Counted from the stretch's first letter, positions 41,795-49,476 are shown. The stretch: DNA of 64,000 bases from Candidatus Micrarchaeota archaeon (GCA_028867145.1 JAGWGX010000001.1:27829-91828), one strand, 5' to 3'. Made by a program: numbers and translations. The notes: a model not told the origin generated them from the letters alone.

Positions 41795-44700
41795 GGAGAC
41801 CAGCTCAGCGGAACCGTTGTGGAAACGGAAGGGGGAATCTGTAGATTATATAGCTGCTGTATTTGGGAGGCGCTTAATGCTGTGGCATAGAGCTGAAGGC
41901 TCGAAATGCCCCCATAAAAGGAAGAGTTTGTGGTTGAGCCTCCCGCGGTATTCCCACCTATTTGAACTGCATTCATCGTGTAACCATACATCGTTGAGCA
42001 ACTTCCCGTGGTGCATCCTGCATCTTGGCCATTTATGTAGAGCTTTATGCTTGAGCTGGAAGAATTGTAGGAGTATGCAACTTGATTCCATGAACCTGGA
42101 TTTACAGTCCTAGAACTCAAATTGCATTGGGTTCCCCAATGATCAATATAAATCTTCAATTTTCCAGAGCATGCCGCTCCATTTGCACCTGTCACAGCAA
42201 AAAAGTCGGCGGCACCTGAAAGTCCAGAGCTGAAAATAGGGCTTCCCATTCCCCCATACGCTCTTGGAACATATATCCATGCAACCACACTTCTAGAACC
42301 GGAGATGGTTTGGATAGAATTCACAGATAGATAACTGTTTTGGCCATTGAAATTAATCCCTGAATAGTTGCTTGCTTTTAGCAAATAGGGCACATAATTG
42401 AGAACGCTGTTATACGCCACGTTTGTAGAAGAAATACTGTTTATACCGCTACCTATACTGTAATTGTTCGCATTTCCGTTGAGTGGAAGCCAGCCCGCAA
42501 GCCTTGTTGAGGGAAGCGGAACGCCGGCTATGCCTCCTTGATAAATCTGGAGGGCTTGCTGGGCGCTTATGGTCTGGTTGTATATCTGGATATTCGAGAG
42601 ATTTCCGGAGAACCACCTGTCTGCAGAGTTTGCAAATCCCCTCCCCAAAGTCAGGTTTGCAAAACCTGACGGCCATTTCGTGTTGCTCGCGTTAAACACA
42701 AGGACACCGTTTAGGTACCCAGTTATGGTATTACCATTCCTTGATGACACTACGTTGTACCAGACTTTTTGGCCAATCACATTCGAGTAGGTGTAAACAT
42801 TGTAGTTTCCAGCGCTGGTCCCGACAATCAGGTTGAGGGAATTGGACCCGCCTGAGCCGCCCTGTTCAAAACGCGGCCCTGCATTGTTTGCAGCCGGCAC
42901 GAAGTTGGCATCTAGTGAATTTTTGTAGTTGGTGGTTGCGGTTGAGTTCATCCAGAAGGAAACAGACCAGTTTGAGATGGAGTTTATTTTTGTCACATTT
43001 CCAACTTTGATGTAGCTACTAGCTCCATTAAAAGAGGGAGTAAGTATCTTGCCGATGTTCCCGCTTGAAAGTTGCTGCTTTGAGATGGATGCTGCAAGCG
43101 GCGCAAATGATGTGCTCCCATACATTGAAGCATTGTAAGAATTCCCAGAATAATCGTTTGTGTCGCCGTTTAGTGGGTACCACAGCTGCGCGTTCTGGCC
43201 AGATATTGGAGAGGAGGACAATCCTGCAGCGTAAAGGGATGCGATTTGGATCTGCGAGAGCGAATTGCTGTAGAACTGGTAGTTTGCTATGCCGCCTGAG
43301 TAGGAAAGGCCAGAGCCGCAGTTTGTGAGATCTGGAGTGCCGAGGGGATAGAACATTGCAGTAGTACCTCCTGCCGGAACCTGCCGGGTGTAGGAGATCG
43401 TATTTGTCGATGCGCCGTTTATGTACCCAGTCAGCACTGCGCCATTATAGGTCATCGCTACGTTAGTCCATGTGTTGGTGTTTATCTTTCCAAGAAGCTG
43501 GCATCCCAATGCCCAAATCCTCATGTAAACATTCCCATTTACGAGCTCGAGCCATGAGTCGTGCCAGTTGGTGTTTGGGGCTGTCTGGCCAAGCTCGCTT
43601 AATATCACCCCGCTTGTTGCATTAGGGCGCACCCATAAAGAGATCGTGAATGACTGGGCAGCATTGTCCATAAACACAAACCCAGTTTTCTGTTCTACAT
43701 AGCCAGTCTGCCCGGAAACCCCAAGAGACAAAGGAGCTTGAGAGGATGGAAACTGTGCATAGTAGTTTTGAAGGCTCCACCAAGGCTGTCCGCCAAATGC
43801 GCCGTTATTCTTGTTGCCGCTTATGTCTTGTGCCACACTGCCCTGGCCCAGATTGAGAGGGTACCATGCGGCAAGTAAGGAGCTAGGAAGCGCATTTGAG
43901 TTGAACGCGGTCACCTGGACAAACGCTTGACCATTGTTGCCCTGTTGGTTTAGGAATACCGAAGCGATGCCGTTTGAGTTGGTGTATGTGGATACCACCT
44001 GCCCTGGGCCGCCGTTACCGTTTGTGAGGTTTCCAGCTGTGGTAGTAAAGCCAACCAGCAGATTGTTCACCGCCTGCCCCAATGGGTTCCCGACAGTTGC
44101 AAAGAGCTGCGCTACACTAGTGAATATTATGGAACCAGTGATGACTCCGTTTTTGCCATTACCACCGTAGTCATTTGGATCGCCGTTAAGAGGATACCAG
44201 GCATTTAATCCGCTGTTAGATATTGGGGTGGCGCTTATTCCTCCTTGATAAAGTTGCATAATTTGTTGCGCTGTTAACACTTGGGAGTATATCTGGACGT
44301 TTGCTATCTTGCCATTCCATCTATTGCCTATTCCAGGATATCCTCCAATCCTAAGTGTGTTGGAAGGATTAAGTGTTACGGAGAAGCTTTGAGAGTATAC
44401 TAGCGTGCCATTCTTATACAGCTTTGCGGTTGTGCCATCATAGGTCAAAACAAAGAAGTACCAGTTGTTGTAGGAAATCTGTGTCTGCGCTGTGCATGTA
44501 TTGCCATCCCCCTGGTTATTTATCCAAAATGTCACATAGGTAGGATTTCCAAGCCCCGCGGCACAGGTTTGCAAGGTGTATCCAGAGTTGGTAGTAGAGA
44601 CTATTGTTGGAAAGCTGGGTATCGTACCTGTTGGCGATATCCATACCGCAGCACTGAAGGTAGTAGTGCCAGGAGTTATTCCATTATTTGCATCAATATA

Positions 44701-45249
44701 GCTGCTAACGCCGTCGAAATTTGCTGCATGCACAGTCTGAGTGGAAAGTGAGACAGATGCGCTAACATTTGCGTTTGTCGGGCACTGATAGTCAATGCAG
44801 ATTGTTCCGAACGAATTCTGCAATGAAATAGTGCCGTTTGCAATAGGCAAAACGTAGAGCGTGTTGCCTATTCCGTAAAAGCTTGCGCTTGAGCTCACCG
44901 ATTGCACATTGCTGTACGCTGTTGCTCGCATGATCTGCGTCCCGCTGGTCGCGGCGATTATAACAAGGCCTCCCTTTGTGACCGAGACGTTGTAGGGAAT
45001 GTTTCCGATGCTGGTTGTGATTGGAAGCTGCGCGCTGAATCCGGTTCCCGCCTGCGCTGCCCTGTTTATTTGGAGCGCAATTGTCTGCGCGACAAGCTGT
45101 AGCTGAGAGAAGGTCTGCGAATTCTGCGTGATTGCCCTTTGCTGGGTGATCAATGCGAAGAGGAAGAGGAAGACCACGAGTATGAATGCGAAGACTATCA
45201 TGAACTCGATGGAGATTTGTCCCTTCTTTTTATTTGATTCTTGAAACAT
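41791..45249 (-). CDS. Giant pilin-like protein (1152 aa) with class III signal and multiple LamG-type modules
   Basis: N-terminal NKKKGQISIEFMIVFAFILVVFLFLFALI (KGQ-x-S-x-E-F type). Junction/LamG-entry motifs WYPLNGDPNDYGGNGKNG, WYPLNLGQGSVAQDISGNKNNG, WYPLNGDTNDYSGNSYN and WLPLNGNANNYS. Confidence 0.75.
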   Translation of the reverse strand: MFQESNKKKGQISIEFMIVFAFILVVFLFLFALITQQRAITQNSQTFSQLQLVAQTIALQINRAAQAGTGFSAQLPITTSIGNIPYNVSVTKGGLVIIAATSGTQIMRATAYSNVQSVSSSASFYGIGNTLYVLPIANGTISLQNSFGTICIDYQCPTNANVSASVSLSTQTVHAANFDGVSSYIDANNGITPGTTTFSAAVWISPTGTIPSFPTIVSTTNSGYTLQTCAAGLGNPTYVTFWINNQGDGNTCTAQTQISYNNWYFFVLTYDGTTAKLYKNGTLVYSQSFSVTLNPSNTLRIGGYPGIGNRWNGKIANVQIYSQVLTAQQIMQLYQGGISATPISNSGLNAWYPLNGDPNDYGGNGKNGVITGSIIFTSVAQLFATVGNPLGQAVNNLLVGFTTTAGNLTNGNGGPGQVVSTYTNSNGIASVFLNQQGNNGQAFVQVTAFNSNALPSSLLAAWYPLNLGQGSVAQDISGNKNNGAFGGQPWWSLQNYYAQFPSSQAPLSLGVSGQTGYVEQKTGFVFMDNAAQSFTISLWVRPNATSGVILSELGQTAPNTNWHDSWLELVNGNVYMRIWALGCQLLGKINTNTWTNVAMTYNGAVLTGYINGASTNTISYTRQVPAGGTTAMFYPLGTPDLTNCGSGLSYSGGIANYQFYSNSLSQIQIASLYAAGLSSSPISGQNAQLWYPLNGDTNDYSGNSYNASMYGSTSFAPLAASISKQQLSSGNIGKILTPSFNGASSYIKVGNVTKINSISNWSVSFWMNSTATTNYKNSLDANFVPAANNAGPRFEQGGSGGSNSLNLIVGTSAGNYNVYTYSNVIGQKVWYNVVSSRNGNTITGYLNGVLVFNASNTKWPSGFANLTLGRGFANSADRWFSGNLSNIQIYNQTISAQQALQIYQGGIAGVPLPSTRLAGWLPLNGNANNYSIGSGINSISSTNVAYNSVLNYVPYLLKASNYSGINFNGQNSYLSVNSIQTISGSRSVVAWIYVPRAYGGMGSPIFSSGLSGAADFFAVTGANGAACSGKLKIYIDHWGTQCNLSSRTVNPGSWNQVAYSYNSSSSSIKLYINGQDAGCTTGSCSTMYGYTMNAVQIGGNTAGGSTTNSSFYGGISSLQLYATALSASQIQQLYNLQIPPSVSTTVPLSWSP

Positions 45250-45255
45250 AATTGC

Positions 45256-46536
45256 TCATCTCTCCTTCAGCAGCCATTTCACCGCAGGAACAAATGATAT
45301 CTCCTTTTCATCTATTCTTTCCACAGATTCATATTCGTATGTGACTATGGTGCCGCGTTTTAGCTTGAATTTCTTGAGCGCGTTCACAAGTGCGCTCACT
45401 TCCTTGTCTTTTCTGCCATCAAATGCATACGATACCTGTATTGCATCGGTAACTTTTATGCCCCTTTTTACAAGGAAATCTACCTCGTTGCCGCTCCCGT
45501 CCACCCAATAGGAGATGCTCTCATTGAGCCTAAGACGCCTGGCAAGATTGATGTAAACTATATTTTCCAGTGCGGAGCCCTTGTCTTCAAGCGGATTGGT
45601 GGAGACCTGCCGCGCGAGTGCATGGTCAATGACATAAATCTTGCGCGGCGCTACTGCCGCATCGGCTGCCGAGGTAGAATGCTTGTTCACGGCAAATACA
45701 AGATACGAATCCATGGCGTAGTCCACAAACTTTTTTACGGTGTTCTTGCTCCCGATCTTGAAGACGTTGCCCATTTTCCCATAGGACATGCGCTTGCCGT
45801 AAAGGTTTAGCAGGTAAAAAATGAATTCCTCAAAGGCCCTTTTGTCCCTTATTGAATACCTCATCATTATGTCCCTTGATATGATGTCGTGAAGGTACTG
45901 CAGCAGTATCTCCCCTCTCTTTGAGGAGAACGCCTCGGGGAAGCCTCCAAACTGGAGATAATTTTTGAAAGTGGACTTGAGTTTTGCTGAGCCTTCCGTG
46001 GTATATTTATTTGCAGTGGGCGCAAGCTCCGAAAAGGAGAACGGAAACTCCACGAAAAGCATGTTGCGCCCCGTGAGAGCCGTGGACACCTCAGATCTCA
46101 GCAAACTCGCATTGCTTCCGGTCAGGTATATTTTCACATCCTCGAATTCATACATTCGGTTTGCCCATTTTTCCCAGCTCTTAATGTTTTGTATTTCATC
46201 CAGGAAAAGGAATACCTTGCCTTTTGGGGAGTGCAGCTGCAAAAACAGCTCGTACAACCTTTGGAAATCTTCGGAGGAGAATGTGCTTAGCCGTTCATCC
46301 TCGAAGTTAAGGTAAAGAATGTTGTCCTCACCAACCCCCTCCTTAAGAAGATGCCTTATAAGCTGCAACAGAAGAGTGGATTTGCCACACCTCCTGACTC
46401 CTGAGATTATAACCATCTCCCTGCTAGCGGACTCTTTGAGAAGCCTGTGGAGCATCTCACGTTCTATGCCTGCATGCTTTAGCAGCAATTTTTGCCGCTG
46501 ATCTTCCATTACAAACTTTAGCTGTTCTTCCTGCAC
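45256..46536 (-). CDS. AAA+ ATPase of the COG1373 type (AAA_14 + DUF4143-like)
   Basis: Walker A ISGVRRCGKSTLL and Walker B FLFLDEIQN. C-terminal EVDFLV block typical of the DUF4143/PD-(D/E)xK-like tail. The start is GTG 46536 or ATG 46509. Confidence 0.7.
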   Translation of the reverse strand: MQEEQLKFVMEDQRQKLLLKHAGIEREMLHRLLKESASREMVIISGVRRCGKSTLLLQLIRHLLKEGVGEDNILYLNFEDERLSTFSSEDFQRLYELFLQLHSPKGKVFLFLDEIQNIKSWEKWANRMYEFEDVKIYLTGSNASLLRSEVSTALTGRNMLFVEFPFSFSELAPTANKYTTEGSAKLKSTFKNYLQFGGFPEAFSSKRGEILLQYLHDIISRDIMMRYSIRDKRAFEEFIFYLLNLYGKRMSYGKMGNVFKIGSKNTVKKFVDYAMDSYLVFAVNKHSTSAADAAVAPRKIYVIDHALARQVSTNPLEDKGSALENIVYINLARRLRLNESISYWVDGSGNEVDFLVKRGIKVTDAIQVSYAFDGRKDKEVSALVNALKKFKLKRGTIVTYEYESVERIDEKEISFVPAVKWLLKER

Positions 46537-46567
46537 GTTTGTCTTATAAAACTCAAGCCTTTTAAAT

Positions 46568-46615
46568 GTTCAGTTTAGTGAACGAAATAGGGCGGTTTCG
46601 TTCAGTTCAGTGAAC
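46568..46615. promoter_or_regulatory. Two 16-bp palindromes (GTTCAGTTYAGTGAAC) 32 bp apart, together forming a larger near-palindrome
   Basis: GTTCAGTTTAGTGAAC at 46568..46583 and GTTCAGTTCAGTGAAC at 46600..46615. The inner arms GAACGAAA/TTTCGTTC are also complementary. The element lies between the pilin-like gene stop and the AAA ATPase start, next to TTTAAA. Confidence 0.5.
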
Positions 46616-46639
46616 ACTTTCTAAAAGCGATTCTAGGTT

Positions 46640-47113
46640 TTACACCGCAGGTTTCATGTAGACGCATGGCAGGCTGGTCTGGAATGGGCACTGCTGCTGC
46701 GCGGACACGTTGATGAGATAGGTTCCCGTGGAGGCGATGCTCCCAAGGTTGCCGCTCACATTGAGCGGGGTGTATGCAGTGATGTAGCTAAGCCCGGTTG
46801 GAGACCTCACCACAAACACAATCGAGTGACCAACCCCGTTTGAGAGCGTCCCAACGTATATGTACTGGACCCCAGTCGGCATTGTTATCTGAACAATCTG
46901 CTTTGCAGGCGGCCCCTGGCTCCCCACAATCGCCGCCGCGCTCACAAGCTTTGATGCAGCCTGCTGCGCCGCGACGGATGAGACCGCGGAATTTGCATTG
47001 GCTAGCTGTATGAATGCGAAGACGACGAGCGGAAGGAGTATCGCAAGTCCGAAAGAGAGCGTTATTAGTAGCTCGAAGCTTGACTGGAGCTTTAGGTTTG
47101 GTTTGCTATTCAT
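46640..47113 (-). CDS. Small pilin-like protein (157 aa) with class III signal peptide
   Basis: N-terminal KPNLKLQSSFELLITLSFGLAILLPLVVFAFI. ATGA overlap with the upstream CBS gene. Confidence 0.7.
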   Translation of the reverse strand: MNSKPNLKLQSSFELLITLSFGLAILLPLVVFAFIQLANANSAVSSVAAQQAASKLVSAAAIVGSQGPPAKQIVQITMPTGVQYIYVGTLSNGVGHSIVFVVRSPTGLSYITAYTPLNVSGNLGSIASTGTYLINVSAQQQCPFQTSLPCVYMKPAV

Positions 47114-48270
47114 GCCTCTTCCCGCTCTCCTGACTTCTTTCCGGACATTATTATCTCCTTCTTCTGGCGCACCTCGCGATAAAGGTTGTCCACCAGCTTC
47201 TTCATCGCCTCGTCTAGCGTGAAGCCAAAAGAGGAGGTGCTAAGCGAGCCCCCCTTCGAGAGCGATAGCCTGGCCTTTAGCTCGTAGTTCTTTGCCTTCG
47301 AGCTCTTGATGTTTAGCGAGATGTAGTCTGTCTTTATCTTTCCAAATCGGTCAACCTTTGCGGCAAGGGACTCAAGCTCTGCCTTTATCTCCTCCTCGAA
47401 CTCCTTTGTCTTTGAGTCAAGGCCGGAAATGAAGATTCTCTCCTCAATCCCTGTGGCGTTTGAGACGATCACCTCAAAGACGTCGCTCACAGTCAAAATT
47501 CCAACAGGCTTGTCGGACTTTGTGACAAGAAGCGATGAGATTCCAAGCTCTATCATGCTCTTTATCGCCTCGTCGATCGGGCGGCTGTAGTCAATTCGAT
47601 AAACATTCGTGACCGCAAGCTCCTCCACCTTCGTGTTGTTTAGGTTGCCCACCCTGCTACCCTCCTTTTCCACGTTTGCGCGCAGGTTTGTCTTTGCAAA
47701 CGCGCCCATCATGTCGCGATAGGAGATGATTCCATAGAGCTTGCCGCCCTCCATCACAAGTATCTTGTTGACCTTGTGGTTTTCCATTGTCGACTTTGCC
47801 TGCGCAAGGCTTGCGCCCTTCTCGATCGCGACAATTGGTGAGGACATCAAATACTCCGTCTTGTAATTTGAAAGCAGATGTAGGGAGAGGATTGCTCTGA
47901 GCATAAGCTCTCTTTTCACAACTCCCTTTATCTTGTTTCCCTCGATGTAGGGGAGCACCTTGGTTGAGGAGTTGAAAAAGTGGTGTATTGCCCTCTCAAT
48001 CGAAAGTGACTGGTCTAGGACCGGGACCTTCCTTGCGAACTTGCCTGCAGGGAACTTGTCAGCCATCGCAAGAACGCCCGTCTGCGCGATTGTCCTTGCG
48101 TCCAGCACACCGTAGTACTCCTTCTCCTTTGTTATCACAACAGCCCCCAGCGAGTTGATCTTTCCAAGCAGCTTGGACACAGGGGTTTTATAATCAAAAA
48201 TCGCAGTTTTTGAGACGAATTCTTCCGGGATATTTTCAAATGCCTTGGCCACAAATTCACCACTTGACAA
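47110..48270 (-). CDS. CBS-domain (about 4 repeats) protein fused to a C-terminal HPF/YfiA (ribosome hibernation factor)-like domain
   Basis: Repeated CBS-like units (VVITKEKEYYGVLDARTI, KIKGVVKRELM, GKLYGIISYRDM, KPVGILTVSDV). The C-terminal IFISGLDSKTKEFEEEIKAELESLAAKVDRFGKI..YISLNI....NYELKARLSL.GGSLSTSSFGFTLDEAMKKLVDNLYREVRQKKE follows the HPF beta-alpha-beta-beta-beta-alpha pattern. Confidence 0.6.
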   Translation of the reverse strand: MSSGEFVAKAFENIPEEFVSKTAIFDYKTPVSKLLGKINSLGAVVITKEKEYYGVLDARTIAQTGVLAMADKFPAGKFARKVPVLDQSLSIERAIHHFFNSSTKVLPYIEGNKIKGVVKRELMLRAILSLHLLSNYKTEYLMSSPIVAIEKGASLAQAKSTMENHKVNKILVMEGGKLYGIISYRDMMGAFAKTNLRANVEKEGSRVGNLNNTKVEELAVTNVYRIDYSRPIDEAIKSMIELGISSLLVTKSDKPVGILTVSDVFEVIVSNATGIEERIFISGLDSKTKEFEEEIKAELESLAAKVDRFGKIKTDYISLNIKSSKAKNYELKARLSLSKGGSLSTSSFGFTLDEAMKKLVDNLYREVRQKKEIIMSGKKSGEREEA

Positions 48271-48328
48271 TACTTATTACATATTTATATAGCTTCAAGC
48301 CCGAAGATGATATGTCGCCGTTTTAGAC

Positions 48329-48399
48329 GCCAGGATGGCAGATCAGCTATGCGTCCGCCTGCAGAGCGGAAAAGGGGGGTGCAACTCCCTCTCCTGGCT
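48329..48399 (+). tRNA. tRNA-Cys(GCA), with atypical D-loop and T-loop
   Basis: Hand fold. Acceptor GCCAGGA/TCCTGGC with U73 (a Cys identity element). Anticodon stem TCCGC/GCGGA with loop CTGCAGA. T-arm GGGGG-TGCAACT-CCCTC. The D-loop ATCAGCT lacks GG. The T-loop has G instead of T at position 55. Confidence 0.6.
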
Positions 48400-48417
48400 T
48401 CTTTTCAAGGGGAACTG

Positions 48418-48459
48418 TAGTTAGGTAGATATTTTGTCTAATTTTCATCTACCTAACTA
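48418..48459. repeat. Perfect 13-bp inverted repeat with 16-nt spacer
   Basis: TAGTTAGGTAGAT (48418..48430) and ATCTACCTAACTA (48447..48459), between tRNA-Cys and the hicB-like gene. A partial third copy, CCTAAC, lies just downstream. Confidence 0.6.
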
Positions 48460-48560
48460 GTGTCACGCCACCTAACATCGGAGGATAGCCACAAAATTTA
48501 TAAAAAATGAATTTTTTTAGGAAGATTTAATAATTGAAAAGAATTAATAACACATACAAC

Positions 48561-48803
48561 ATGGAGATTGGAATTTACGGGTTTAACGCAAAGGTTGCGA
48601 TAAGCGAAGGCTGGCTTGTAGGTGAAATCGAGGAGCTTCATCTCGTTGACCAGGCTAAAACTTTGGGAACTTTAGAGAAGAGATTGAAAAAGGGATTCGA
48701 TACTATTTTTGAGGCGGCGCGAAAAAATCCTACGAAGTATAAAAAATACCTCTCAGCACAGACCCTAAAAAAGCTTGGTGTAAAGGAGATGGCGTATGCC
48801 TAA
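48561..48803 (+). CDS. hicB: HicB-like antitoxin (tentative)
   Basis: Small protein overlapping the start of a clear HicA gene by 8 nt. N-terminal MEIGIYGFNAKVAISEGWLVGEIEEL resembles the HicB N-domain. The ATG at 48561 is preferred over the TTG at 48534. Confidence 0.4.
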   Translation: MEIGIYGFNAKVAISEGWLVGEIEELHLVDQAKTLGTLEKRLKKGFDTIFEAARKNPTKYKKYLSAQTLKKLGVKEMAYA

Positions 48804-49017
48804 GCTTGTAATCAAACCTGAAAAGCTTGTTAAAATCCTAACCAAATACTACGGTTTTTATCCCGATCATCAAAGCGGAAGCCACCTTATATTACTGCAT
48901 GAAGATGGAAACATGGCGGTTGTGCCGATGCATGGGACTGAGCTCAGGCAGGGCACCCTTCATTCAATATTGAAGCAGGCAAATTTGACTAAGGAGGACA
49001 TATTAAAATATGCGTAA
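48796..49017 (+). CDS. hicA: HicA family mRNA interferase toxin
   Basis: KLVKILTKYYGFYPDHQSGSHLILLHEDGNMAVVPMHGTELRQGTLHSILKQANL matches the HicA/YcfA pattern (GSH...., P.H....l..G.l..I.kq). Confidence 0.75.
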   Translation: MPKLVIKPEKLVKILTKYYGFYPDHQSGSHLILLHEDGNMAVVPMHGTELRQGTLHSILKQANLTKEDILKYA

Positions 49018-49035
49018 ACTATTTGCAGCGAAATT

Positions 49036-49476
49036 TCATACATCAAGCAGAACTTTTATTGACCAGCTTTTTCCAGTTTTCTTTACCCTGAGAAGGTGCG
49101 GAGTCACCGCTTTTACATCAAAAAGGGAGATGTATTCCTTTGACTTTTTGCAGAAGATGCACGCGTTTATCTTGATTTTGTCCTTTTCTTCAGAAATCCT
49201 ATTCACCTTGAGCTTGAAGGCAGGCACTCCCCTTTGATCAATCTCGGAGACTATGCGCTGCAGCAAAAACCAGACAATCTCATTTTTGTTTGAGGCCCTC
49301 TCGGTTATCCTGACAGTTTTTATTTTTGATTTTGATTTTTTGAGCTCTTTTTGGTCAAACATCGTGCCCAGCAGGGCAAGACCCGAATTTTCAAGTGCGT
49401 CCTTGAAGCTTTTTCCATAAGCGACAAATGCCACATCGGCGGTGTGCGGAACGTATCGAAAATTAGGCTTTGGCAT
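49036..49476 (-). CDS. Archease (RtcB tRNA-splicing ligase activator)
   Basis: FRYVPHTADVAFVAYGKSFKDALENSGLALLGTMF matches the archease N-terminal signature. Size about 146 aa from ATG 49476. Confidence 0.75.
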   Translation of the reverse strand: MPKPNFRYVPHTADVAFVAYGKSFKDALENSGLALLGTMFDQKELKKSKSKIKTVRITERASNKNEIVWFLLQRIVSEIDQRGVPAFKLKVNRISEEKDKIKINACIFCKKSKEYISLFDVKAVTPHLLRVKKTGKSWSIKVLLDV

